Assembly (NCBI GenBank): GCA_910592345.1
Contig: CAJVPI010000208.1
Coordinates: 1-42,469 of the forward strand
Direction of reading: 5' to 3'
DNA length: 42,469 nucleotides
DNA from: Paraglomus brasilianum
Taxonomy: Eukaryota
The translations under genes were made by a program, and so were the position numbers. The notes under the pieces are model-generated. The model was not told the origin of the DNA. It worked only from the letters and a program-made list of their open reading frames with translations, and made no database searches. The stretch's first letter is position 1. Each line of letters begins with the position of its first letter. This document shows positions 24,971 through 38,099 of the stretch, one piece after another.

Positions 24971-27859
24971 ACCGAGCAATATGTGGTACAAGACGCAAAT
25001 TTGTCTAAACGAATTCCCCTTCTTTGTCGTCGCTACGACAGCACACGGCTTGAGATACGAAATCAATAATGGCCTGAAACCAGTCTCTCCTGCATGACTC
25101 AGCTTAGTAAAGACGAATTTTAATTAATCCCTTTTATGGTATCTTTGATGTTTGAATCGAGGAATTTTACGACCCGAAAGTATGGTTAATATACTATAAT
25201 AGTACTATGAATAGTAATGTATTGGTCGGTAAAAAACTTATATCTGCCTGTAAATAATCTATTAACTGTCAAAAAGCGTGAAATAAACATGAAAAAAATA
25301 TTTAACGTATATCAAGTATATTATTGTTAAAGCCAAGTTCGACTGTACAAAAACCATCAAAAGTGGTACTATATTTACAGTATTCGGCTATTGAATTCTT
25401 ACAAAGACATTGTTAATCGATAGCTTCCAATCGATAGTCATCTTCGACCAAACTATTTACGGGGTATTTAATTATCGCACATACATTTGTCTTGGTTAGC
25501 TGTTGACGATGTCAAAATCTATGTATTCGGCAAGAATCGTACAATTAGTAAATGTGCGGATATGTGCGAGATTGTACACCGTGCCTGTAGAAGTTCATAC
25601 CAACCGAATACAGAAATCTTGAACATTGCCGAATGTAGACGAGTTTATTCAACATACAGTTCCCGTGATTCAATAGCTTATCACCGTGAGAAGTAGATGA
25701 TAAGTTGGTCTCACATGCTATGATACATATTAATATACTCTGACAATCAGGGGTTAATGATGCATGTGCCTCGACATTAGCTAGGTTATTCACCCATGAA
25801 TATTCATAAAGAACCCTTGTTATTGATGTTATTATTATAGCACACGAATTTGTAATCTAAAGTACAAAGTCGATTCTGGCCAATAGAAATTAACTAATAA
25901 AGCAAAATGATTGGCCATATGATGTCTTTTATGGTTGTATATCATTATTCATTCTTAACAAGCATATTTTATATTAATATAGAACATATGAATAAGAATA
26001 CAATGAGAGACATTGCTACATAATTATAACCGTATTCATACTACACTTATTAGCATATGTGGATCAACATCGATAACGAATAATATCGTCGATTTATCGA
26101 AGGAGGCTCCGTAGTCTACAAAAGACCGAATAACTTAATGTTTAATGAATAAAAATCGGTATATTTTTGTTCTAGTAATTGTTTCTGTTACCTTTCCGCA
26201 CATTCTTTGGGGCTTTTCGTACCGAGTTGTCTAGCAATAACAATCCATTTTGGTCCATTATTAAAATACAAGACCAATAACATTCGGCTTTCCTACAATA
26301 AAATTGATCGAATCGGTAAAAATCCACTATCCTCAAAATTGATAACAAGCAGGAATGCAATATCTCACAGCGATTGTCCATTGAACTCTCATAGCAACAA
26401 TTTCAAGTTAAATTTGTTCTGTTTTTGGTATATGACTAATATTAAGTTTGCCGCTCTTTTTTTTTCTATTTATATCCGGTCTCAGACATTACATGTATAT
26501 TAACATAATAAAGTATGGCAAGCTATATAATGCTTTAAATTTATTGGACGGATTATATTAATATAAACATACATGCACAGCTCTTGTGCTAGAGACCGTT
26601 GCTACCTTGTCTTCCTCTCTTCGTTAATAACTATTGCTACAGTGTAGATCAACAATGGAGTTGTCACACACTTTTTGTGTCATATCACGCCATTTTGTAT
26701 AGCGATAATCGTAATACAATGACCAACAATGAAACACGTCGCAAGGCTTTGTCTTTATCATCTACACCTTAACGTTCGACGCTAGTATTACTAAGTATTA
26801 GTGTGGCGACTGGATTGATCGAGAACTTGAGACATGACTGAGACAAATCACCTCATTTTAACAAACAGAATCGCACAACATTATTGCAAATACGGCGTAC
26901 AAAACCAAACAACATCGACACAAAAAAGACCTTTTGTTGTTAAAAATAGGTGTTATCAAAATATGTAGAGAGTTTTAACTTTTATTGGTATTATTAATCA
27001 CATCGTCCCACTGTTGTAAAAGCGTTCCAGACAATATTAAGAGGCAAACACCAATAATTAGCTCTAACAGTCATTACACACTTTTCCATTCGTATCAACA
27101 AAAGCATTGCACCCCTTTCTCTATCAGTTACATCAGTCAACAAACGCGCAACCATTAACCATAACTTACTCCTTAATGTGTTTGATACTTCGTGATGACG
27201 AGAGGGAATTAATTGGTGGCTCTCGAGTTTGTGATAATCGATCTTACAAAAAAAATTGATACAATGAATAAACAGTTTGATATTTATGAAAGAAGAATAA
27301 ACTGATGGAGACTACTAATAATTTATTGATCAAGCATTACAATCTGTTACTAGAACGGTATCAGTAATTACGTATCAAAATTGCGGATTGCGACTTGCTC
27401 TAGCGTTGCAATAATAGACAAGTTTTTGTCCTAAAAAAGAGCAAACCTATTTTTAAACTTGCCGAAATTGCAAACATATTAACCAGAACAAATATTCGGT
27501 AAAAGGTTTGCGCGATTACGTTATTCCGAACCATAATAATAGCAGCAACTATAGCGACACAGTTTACACAGACACCAAACGCGTTTCATTGCAGAACAAT
27601 CTTTACTCGCGGTTACTAAGTTTCCGCATTAGGAGTTAATTAAATCTACGCTTAGTTTCTTGCGATTACTGGTAGTTTCCATGGACGTGCAAGGGATAGC
27701 CACCAGTTTCATGCGTTTCATACTTTTTACCCCATGAAATGAGATAAGCATTTGTTCTAGAACAGAATGCAAAAGCACTGGTAGCGGATTACGCAAATTG
27801 TTATGGGCCGATCTTCATTACAAGGATTCTCTTTGTTCACGTCAAGTCAGAATAATATC

Positions 27860-28138
27860 ATTGTTAGTTTCTAAACTTAGACAGTAATGTAATCACATTG
27901 TTCATATTGTTCTCTCCTACAACGAATAAAAATCAATCTCATTGTTGATTTTGAAAATAACAATGACAATATTTTGAGTTTTTGTAACATAAATTTAACT
28001 ATCACAGTAATAGGCGGGAAAACCATTACTTCGAACTTAATAATGACAAACGTTGGTCGAGCAGCCGCGAACAATACTAACAAGTTGTAGGACAATTCTG
28101 GCGGAAGCATGGAAGGTACAGACTTCACATCTATTTAA
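27860..28138 (+). promoter_or_regulatory. Putative promoter of microprotein B with an HMG-box-like cluster and an E2F-like site
   Basis: ATTGTT/AACAAT at 27860, 27897, 27906, 27941, 27959, 28070. GGCGGGAAAA at 28013. TATTTAA at 28132. Confidence 0.55.
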
Positions 28139-28200
28139 GAGCATGGTGGCAAGAATGGGAGCTGGCATCAACTCAAAAAAAATTAAATCTTTCAGACAAA

Positions 28201-28517
28201 ATGCAAACACCTTGGCAACCAGAGGTAAATTCAGCTCATAAAATTTATCTTGTTTTGTTTTTCTAAATTATTAATCAGCTTATTGTAATCAATAGGAGGA
28301 TTTCATGTTGCTTAATTTATTTCACACTGTGGGCGCCAATTGGCCCTTCCTCTCTCAAGAACTTAAGACCCGCTCGCCGAGAGAATGTGCAATTAGGCAT
28401 GATTTAATTACATTAAGAAATACGCTTTTTTGTAAATTGGTCAATAATGTTATTATTCTATCTAACGCATACATTTTTTGTAAATCTAATAGGGTCCAAC
28501 AATTACTGCCTATGTGA
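28201..28517 (+). CDS. Single-repeat Myb microprotein B (49 aa): MQTPWQPEEDFMLLNLFHTVGANWPFLSQELKTRSPRECAIRVQQLLPM
   Basis: Exons 28201-28224 (24 nt), 28296-28396 (101 nt), 28493-28517. Intron 1 is GT-AG; intron 2 is GC-AG with a CTAAC branch point. 21/47 residues identical to microprotein A, including LKTRSPREC. Confidence 0.85.
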
Positions 28518-29200
28518 AAAACTGTACACAAATAACATAACGTAAATCAGTAATTCGATATCGAGGAACACGTGTTCTGCATGACACCATCATTCAACAA
28601 ATTATCAACCACCCACATTTAATTCATTATGCACTTACATTTACTACGTTAAGCTTGTATATTTAAGAAATTTTATCTTTAAGCTATAACTGAAATTTTT
28701 TTACTTTATTAAGAGACATTGTGACTAATAGTCCGATGATATACTCAATACTACCTGTAAATAGCATTCTGGTTTTCCCGCATAGCACGGAAGTTTATTA
28801 TTGTTACAACTTTTGGGTTTTACTTTTGGATGTTGGAATGTCACGTGCATGGCTGTTCGAATAATGGTCACCTTCGAAATTTACTTCTTTCTTCTTTTTT
28901 TCTTTTTTTTTTTTCGTCTTATACCTGTCTACTTATCTATATATTTTGTGCTTTTATATTGTTTTTATTATTTTTGTTATATCAACATTATCAATTGCAA
29001 TGAATAACCTATTTTATAATTAAAGAAAGTCTCAAGTATAATAATTGCTTAAGAATTTTTGAAATAACAGTCGTAGCTTAACCGAGTTAGTGTAGTCGCA
29101 ACAAATAGGACAACATTTGCAGCACCGTTAGTGATATTAGGAAAGTATGTGGTTATCCAACTCAACTATATTGCTATTAATACGATTAATGCGATAATTA

Positions 29201-29667
29201 CACCCCCCTGACAAAAGTATAAGTACGAGACGAAATTTTACTAGTAAAACATAAAAACTCTTTATTTTCGAAAATCTCTATCGTCCATACGTACTATGTA
29301 ACTCACAATGATTTTGGTACCTTTTTGAAGCTAATTGACTGTATTTTTCGAAAAAAGTGATGTGGAATTTAAATTAGTTACTGTAATGAAGAAGTAGTTC
29401 GATAAAGTGACGGCACTATGTTATACATATGATTTCATATGTGTAACATAATTTTGCCACTTCCTCGAACTACAGCTTTGAAACGACAACAGGATTGAGT
29501 ATATTATAATTTTTTCTGAAAAATACAATCAATTAGCTTCAAAAAGGTACCAAAATCATTGTGAGTTACGTAGTACGTATGGACATAGAAATTTTCGAAA
29601 ATAAAGAGTGTTCATATGTTTTACTAGTAAAATTTCGTCTCGTACTTATACTTTTGTCAGGGGAGTG
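29201..29667. mobile_element. 467-bp foldback MITE (Tc1/mariner type)
   Basis: TA-CACCCCCCTGACAAAAGTATAAGTACGAGACG ... CGTCTCGTACTTATACTTTTGTCAGGGGAGTG-TA. About 150 bp of near-perfect terminal inverted repeat plus an inner palindrome centred near 29433. Confidence 0.95.
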
Positions 29668-30050
29668 TATATTACCTTTATTACAGTTTAGAGACATACA
29701 GCTTTGACTCAAGTGATAACCTAGTAGTCTATTGTAATACTACGCGAGAAAATTTTGACTTGTCCGATGCCTGTTTGTTTTCCATAGGAATAACAATGTC
29801 GTGAACAAAGTTAAAAAAAGTCGCTAATATTGGATATACAGTTGTCTTGTATACTGACAGTCAAGTAACGTGAACCTAACACTTAGATTGTCTTTTACTA
29901 TAAGCTGCTGACCGACGGGCGGGGATGCGAAAGTAATATAGTATTCGAGTACACTGCTATACTTATGCAAGAAAGCTTATTCATGTTATAGAATGTCCTT
30001 AATGGACAATCGATGGGAATTATTGATTACGGGTTGAACGGAAAGATATA

Positions 30051-30177
30051 CACAGTAAGTCCAGTTTAACGAAGTGCTCTGTTCCACTGTTAATGCGAAC
30101 GTATATTTTATGTGCAGTATTTATATACTGTATATATTTCGTTATAAGGCCATTTTCGTTAAACCGTGGATCATACT
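30051..30177. mobile_element. Degenerate small pogo/Tigger-type MITE
   Basis: TA-CACAGTAAGTCCAGTTTAACGAAGT resembles the TIR of 30940-31510. An imperfect inverted copy TTCGTTAAACCGTGGATCATACT sits at the other end. Confidence 0.4.
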
Positions 30178-30939
30178 ATTTGATTAGTTTTTGATCGTTA
30201 CCACGGGTACACAACTTACCAGACAGTCGTGACAATCGATCCTATTAGAACCAATATTCGCACGAGTTACTATTAAATAGCAATTTAACTAGTATCTATT
30301 TTCTCAGTTAATTTAAGCTTACAAACTTGGCGATATTGTATCTTAATTTGGTTGGTTCTATCGTATTACAATAGTCTGGAAGTAATTGTCATAAACAATT
30401 TATTGTGTATTATTACGAACATTGCTTATTATCGAACGATAGGAGATTATTTATTGCTTTGAAGCGTGGAAACAATTATGGTTTATAATTTTGTTACTAA
30501 GAATTAAAGCCGGACTTTTCTGGGGCAACTTTAGCGTCTATTATTTCGACATAGTGACAAGGCTGAAGTGACAGGCTGCTGAATCAGTTCACACGTTGTT
30601 ATTTCAGTATTTAGCAATCAAGCTCCAAGTCAAAAGTGTTAATATAAAATACCGTATTTTGCAACTCAATTTTAACACCTTATTTTTATGTAGTTTATAA
30701 ACTTTTTGTTTCAACAGTATTAAATAATACAATAAAATCAATATTGCTAATTGTTTTTGCACTACTGAATGCTAAGATAAATAAGAAGTTTATTTAAAAA
30801 ATCATGCTTGCATTACAGGCGTCTTTTGAGTTTGTTTGGTACTTTCTACCTTTTATTGTTTACCGTAAAAAAGTCTAAATTCACCAAGTAAATATTTCAA
30901 GCAAAATTTTTTGTACACTTTAAGTTCAATTATTATTTA

Positions 30940-31510
30940 CACAGTGAAATTCACTTTAACGAAGTCGTCCGTTCTGCAGATAATCTGAAAGATTCGTTAT
31001 CCCGAAAGTAATGTAATAATTCACGTGATTTGATTTTATTATGGCGATTACAAAATTTTATACATTAAATATATTCCATATTTAACTCCTCTTGTCGCAA
31101 GTATAACAAAAGACCGTTAATACTATTAATAGCTTCAGCTGATAATACCTTTCTCATTTCCTCCTCCTCTTCTTTTTCTTCTGAATGTCCTTGAATAGTT
31201 GCTACAATTTCTCTCATAATGCGTGAGTCTTAGTAACAAGAAGACACAGCGATGCTGGAATTTATTGATATCGATGATTCTGATTAGTTAATTCCTATAA
31301 CGAACTTCGTTATATTATAATAAACTTTGTTATACAAATAAATTCGCCCAAGTGAATGGCTTTATTTATGCATGGATTTTGAAATCTTTGTTCAACGTTA
31401 TATAGCACTTTATATGTTTATCCTGTTAAGAGTAAACTGGTTCCAGAAAAATACTTCGTTATGAGCCATCTTTGTTCAAGTGAGACTTTGTTAAAGTGAA
31501 TTTCACTGTG
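30940..31510 (-). mobile_element. Non-autonomous pogo/Tigger-like element
   Basis: 27-bp TIRs CACAGTGAAATTCACTTTAAC(G/A)AAGTC flanked by TA. Internal minus-strand EIVATIQGHSEEKEEEEEMRKVLSAEAINSINGLLLYLRQE (acidic Tigger/CENP-B-like C-terminus). Confidence 0.88.
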
Positions 31511-34500
31511 TAGTATGAAGCTCTAAATAAATAGGGCATATTATTATATTATTATATAGATACAATATATAATTTTAAGACATTTCAAATTTCTGTAGCA
31601 AAAATTAATTAATTTAGAGAAAGCAGGTCTATTACTATTTGCAAATACAATTATAAAGTGCTAAACCATGATTCATTAAACTTGCTGGATTCAGCATGTG
31701 ATAGCTCAGGCATTACTTCTGCCTGCTTCCCAGAAAATCCCATATTGGTAGCATACATAATAAAGAATTGTTAACTAGTATCTAATAAGTTCTCAGGTGT
31801 ATGGTTAATATATGATTATCCGAAGTAACGCATACCAATGCTTATTTTTAAAAAATTTTGTCAATTCACCTCTAAATCACCAACTTCTAAAAGCAATTTT
31901 AAATAGTCCTTTGCGAGCAGAATGTGTGCGTATTGTCGTGTCGGTTAACGTTAATTAACTGACCTTAAGATTTAGCTGTATACTCAACCTTAACTCTGAG
32001 AAGCCTTCTCTTCGACTATTGGTACCTATTATTAAGATTTCCAGCATTCTTATCCTCATATTAGGTGGGATTCTTTCTCTAATAGCAATGACATCTGTAA
32101 TAGATAACAAATTGTTGGTGCAAATATGCATAGGAACATTAGAAGTATTGTTATTCTACTTCCAATTATAATCGTCACATTTTCTGACTTCGTCTACTAT
32201 TCTACGTTAAAATAAATATCAACGATAATACAGTCGCCAATTATTGGTGTCCGCTCGACAGGTTAATGTATTCGCGACAAGTTGGTTCCTCTGTCGCTGA
32301 TTGTTTCACTAACTGTCTCGAAGCTAAAGGTATGCAACTATGTGTTAATAAAAATTTTGATTATACATATACCAAAAACGTGTAACAATAATTTCATTTC
32401 TCGTCAACAAAACAAGAGATTCCACGTTGGTTGTGAGGTGCCCACTTTAATGCCAACCTCAGCCAATTACATCACTTATTTTGCCATTAATTGCATAAAT
32501 GTAATTGTAAAAACTCAATACAACAAAGCTCAGAGTTATAAAAATGCATATTTAAATCGAAAAATCCCCAACACTATCTTTTTTAAGCAGCTAATAATGG
32601 AGCTGTCAAAATGCAGACATTTGTAATTTTCTATCAAATTACTCATTCTATTCATATGCGAAACATTAGGCTTCTCTTATTTTATATCTAGCTGGTTAAA
32701 GACAATGCTAATCGATCAAAGTGAGATTGGAAATGCTAAGAGTTTACTCAATCAAACATACGGTTATCAACCGGAATTTCAAGACAGCGATTGATAACAC
32801 CAATAGTATGTAAAATGTAGACACTCGTGTCAACTCAATTCTTAAATAACTGATCATCATTACTAAGTTAGATGTCCCAATGGGTGCACGATCCGTTCGT
32901 CCAATATGGCATCAATTTAAAATAGAATCGTTTACGTAATAAAAGCGCCCTAATTGGTTAGCACGTCAAAATAGAAAATGTTATCGGAACATTGAATTGA
33001 TCTTATTACGTAAATGTCATCATTGTAAATCACGTGCAAAGGATGCATTTTTCTTACATGCCTTTTAAACAAGAAAGTGAGCAGTTTGAGGGGGAAATCA
33101 CGATATTAATATGCAACAGAGTAAGGATGGTTCTACTCTATCTATGAGAAACCTACACATACGTTCTTCGACTGTTTATGACGCAAATACATGTAAAAAT
33201 ACTTAGACCTATCATGACGGTGATATATGATGTAAGACAGTCGATGAAATATGAGGGTAGAGTTTAGTAACGATCGGATATCCATTGGTTTTACGATAAT
33301 AGATTCAACACTATTGTCCATTAAGAAATGAACAAACAGACAACTAAGCCATAATCGCTTCGGATATTAACAAATAAGAATATCTATTATGTGTAAATTT
33401 TAGGTTTGTAGTCTGCTGTGTGAAGCGAGACCATTCACAACTAAAATACATTTGTCGTTCTGGAGGAATAATCTTAAATACATGGTAGCGAATCAATTCA
33501 TTTTGTAGGTAAGCACAAATATCATTAGTTCTTACACTGTAAAAGTAAAATATCGTCTCTGTGTGTCGATCAATTAAAGCATATAGTTAACGGTTTCGTT
33601 TCGATAATATAATAATTTGATTTCTATTGCAAGCAGCAACAACACAATCGCAGCGACGCATACTACATATAATCATAATTGGGAAAGATGGCATTGAATG
33701 TTGCGAAGTTGAAAAGTCCGTTTTCAGTTTGGTTTGTTAGTAAACAAGGAAGTTACCATACTTGAAAATGTCTCTCACAGCAAGGTGACACTTGGTTGGA
33801 ATACCAAAAAGTGAGAAAAGCTCCTGAACAAAATTTCTGAAGATGTTTAATAAAGTGTTTTGCTACCAGTCAAAGGGTGTTTTTTTAAACCGTTGGTCAC
33901 TGCTTGTCAATAAAGACGTCTAGGTATGAAATCAGGTCGTGTGTCTAATGTCGATTTTTAAATGAAAAAAAAAAATAGATTGTTGACGGTCTACTGCATA
34001 GACGTCACCGGGAAGGGGTTGACTGTCGGTATTGATAAAAGCCAAACGCTTGGTATTATCTTAATTGCTTCGCAAAAATTAAATCCAAAGACATCTTTTC
34101 CAGGATAACATCACACACTGAGACGCGGAACCGAAAAATTCCATTCGGTGTACTATTCAGAGTGCAGTTAAAGATTCGTGGAATGAATTAAACTAAAGAA
34201 TTAGATCATCTAAAGACTAGGATTAGGCCAAATGTTAAAAATATGAAAGTGTAGACTATTAATGAGAAATATTCAGGATCTCATGTAAAACTTGAATTGT
34301 AAATTCGTTTCGCATTTGATAGCAAGTCGCAAGAACCACAAGACAGCGCTGATTAAGGTGCTTTGTACAATTCAGTGAGCATGAGAAGCCAAACATATTG
34401 GTTGAGCTTAAGATAATACATGTGTAAATCCACATGCTGTTCTCCGTCTTTCTTCTTTCTATGCCAAAACAAGAGATTCTGCCTTACATGCAATCTACCT

Positions 34501-34560
34501 CTTACTTCGCCAAGAGAAGATGTTCCAGACCCATTTCGAATGGTTTATGGGAAATAACTT

Positions 34561-34592
34561 AGTACGAGATGTTCAAAGTACGAGATGTTCAA
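34561..34592. repeat. Exact 16-bp tandem duplication
   Basis: AGTACGAGATGTTCAA x2. Confidence 0.85.
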
Positions 34593-37500
34593 ATAAGATT
34601 AGACGTGTATACCTAATTGATCTACACTCCCCCTATCGATTTCCAGAGTCTCTGATTGACATATTCATAAGCGACCTAGAATATTCGGCATGAACAACGT
34701 TATTAGACTATAATGTACACGGCTATTATGTCAGCCAGTGCATAGTCTACATAATAGTCGATTAACTGTCTTTTAAACTAATAAATTCAAGCTGCTAAAA
34801 ACACGGACATTTTGCCGTCCAGGTTTTAGGTTTTTATTTTAAGCGGTTCATATGATGAACTTATAATTGGAGGGGGGCTGAGTGCTGCTAGCGTTACACG
34901 TAGAAACGATTGAGCAGTTTCACTTTCAGGGCAAACAAAGCAACAAACATGTTTGAGATAATAAGTGGCTTGCGCATTCTGGTCATCTGCGACATCGTTT
35001 TAGTGGTTCGGATGTCGAGTCGCTGCAGCGTTTCTGGCATCCATAACGGTATATATTGCTTGTGCTGATGAGACCCGGAACTCAAGCTATTTAGGTCTAG
35101 AAAGACATGCAATAATAGATGTCTTTCTAAGTCTCATATACAAGTTTTACTAACGTTAGGAGTCTTATGTAAATTATTAATATTATGGGCGTCAGGCAAA
35201 GTAGGCTTTCCTTAAAGGCATAATAAGTCGTCGATATATGTGCTATCTTGTGTTTATTAATTGTAATATAGATGGCTATAAGATATTGTATATCATACAG
35301 ATTTGCGTTTGACAAATAACGTCTCCCAATCGCGTATATGCAATTAATCACGTGTTCTGGTTTTTTATTAACGCTAAATTAAGTTTCATTAACGGCAGAG
35401 GTTTTTAAAGTAACAATTTGTGGTATGAAGGCATAGCCACCGTAGGAGTAGTAATCGAGTGCAACTTTAAGCCCACGGTATTAGTTTAATCTGGTAGAGC
35501 GCTTTTTTTTTTCCTTTTTTCTTTTTTTTTGGGACGAGTGAGAGATCAACGCATGTATGCTTTTAACAGGGACAATAAGTTGTGATCCCGATGTTATGTA
35601 AGCAAGCAAAAAATTTAACGTGACCACTCTTTACGGACGTACAATAAACAACAGATAGTAAAAAAAGTTGATTGATTTGCTTGAGAAACTTCCTCGACGT
35701 TTGATATTAATCTTAATTTAATTAAAACGAGTCAGAAACAATAATTGGGAATGGACATATTGTCATACCCGATGTGGCGTAGATAATACATGGTTAGTAA
35801 GTCGACAGACAATTTATTCCCAGAGATCACAAGGAATGGATCGAGAAAATGTCATATAAATTGTACTCATTAGGAGGACGTGTTCCCCGAATCGAACACC
35901 ATATAATTTATTTGATTGCACTATACAATCTTTGATTAAAGTTTGTCGGATTCGGATTGTTATCTCCGTACGTTTATATTTTTATGCGAGATTTTCTTTT
36001 ATTTTCTAACAATAGATACCGAAATGTCAATCAAACTCGAAGCGTGTATGAACTGTTGGCTATTTCGATTACTGTGTTTCATTCAGTTCTTACTTGTATC
36101 GGTTGGTGTCTCGTCATTGTTATTGGTAACCGTTAGTTTTGCTTATTTATCATTTGCCTTGTGACTACACGATTGACTATGCAATCAAATGTGACGCGAC
36201 AATCAATTTTATTCGCAAAAACGTTCGATTCTTGCACCATAAACAACGTGTTACATTATGTATCTATGTGATTAGTATGATAAGTCAAGGCTTTTCTACT
36301 GTAATTAATACTGATTCGTTATTCATACTATGCAATTGTGTCATTATTGATAAGCCTGACTATATTGCCGTTTTGCTAAGCTTGATACACCTCCGAATAT
36401 GCAGGAGAATACAAGGTGCACAAGATAGTACAGTTCAATATATTATAGTTATAAACAATAATTGGTGCCCCAGCAGAGTCTATTAAACGAGTTGACGTTC
36501 TAAGAATTCGATTGTTGGACAATCACAACTTCATATTGTAATTATGTGTGAATAATGTTTGTCCGACGTATACTCTTGTATAATTGACATTCTTCAATGC
36601 CAGTTATACGGAAACGTGGTCCCTCGATCATCGATTATGTTAGTGGCAACCATGTGGCGTTATGAGACAAGCTTTGTATGTGATATATGATTCTGCAAAT
36701 GTGCACTCCGAAGTATTTGTACAATTGCTGTATTTGTATAATAGAATACTTTTTTGTTTCTTCTGTTGTCAATGCAAACTATTTAACCGTCTTTGAATCT
36801 TCCGTGGGTTTACTTGACGTTTAAACCGACGACAATCTTTATTTATTTTCCAAGACAGTATAGTCGCGAAATAATGAGTGCCAATATACTTTGTGTCTAT
36901 GGTTAGAAAGTAGTAAACGGTAAACAATAAGCAGTTACTCCGGGTGTTTACTACAATCGTATATTATTTGTTACGTGGCTCTATTTTTGGTTTTTTTTTT
37001 GTTGTAACACATGTAAGAGATTGGAATGCTTAATTCTGTTCACAGGGTTACCACATATATTCGAATTTAGATATATATAGCTAGCTGGATAGTTTTATAA
37101 TGTCAGATGACTGATGAAAACTTGTCATTTTATTCACATCAAAGAGCTGACATACAAAGGCGTTTGACACCTCTAATTTAATGCATGTCATATTGGGTAT
37201 TAAAAATCGTCCAAGTTTTTATTTCCTTTTTTTTTTTTTTTGTTTTACCGAGGAAAAACAAACAAACCTTTTCTCTCGAATAAGATGAGGTGAATGGCCA
37301 GGTTAATAATAAAATGTCCACTGGATATATGTAAGCGTTTACTGTTACATGCAGTCTATTTTGATGTATGCAAATACGCTGTCGCACGGATTATATCGTA
37401 ACTTTTTCCGTTCAAACAATTTTCCCGAGATAATTTTTATCAGAGAACTTGCGTTGAAGCTTTTTCCCTTCCCCTTTCTTCGCGAGGGGGTGAAATAAGG

Positions 37501-38099
37501 ACTGTTTGATGTTCATCGAAACCTTGTTCAATAATCTCAAAAAATACCTGAATGCGGCCGATACATTCTCTGCGAACATAGTGAGGCCATTTTCCAATTG
37601 ACAACAGATCACTCAACAATTTGGTTAGTGTCCACGCAACATACATAATTTAAACAATCATCGTAGTCATATTTGTCGGAATAGTTCTATTAAAAGGTTG
37701 GCTTTTCGTAATGGCTACCGTATAATAACAGACAAGTATAAATAATAAAACAATGGTATTTATCAGGCAGTAGACAATCGATATTCAAGCATAACTGTTC
37801 GTGAATCAATTTGCTTATAACGTCATTTAAAAAATTTTCCCCCCGTCCTCATCGTCGTCGCCGTCATCATCATTAGTTAAACTCAAGCAGTCAGATCCCC
37901 GCTCAAGCGCAGGGGATCTTTCAAACGTATATGTGTATATCACACATAAGCGTCATTTACAATCGCAAAGTACGGATGTATCATCCGAAATTCCGATTGA
38001 CGATTGCACGACTTGAATAATAAATTTTAATTAATAGGAATCAAATAGAATTGGATTGTTCGACTTCCCAGAACATGCTCTTTTAATAATGCAATTAAT

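Noticed and set aside
27749..27771. Heat-shock element-like palindrome GCATTTGTTCTAGAACAGAATGC
   Set aside because: Only two correctly alternating nGAAn units; compatible with chance.
34516..34557. Another Myb exon-2-like segment (EDVPDPFRMVYGK*)
   Set aside because: No in-phase acceptor, an early stop and no conserved Trp.
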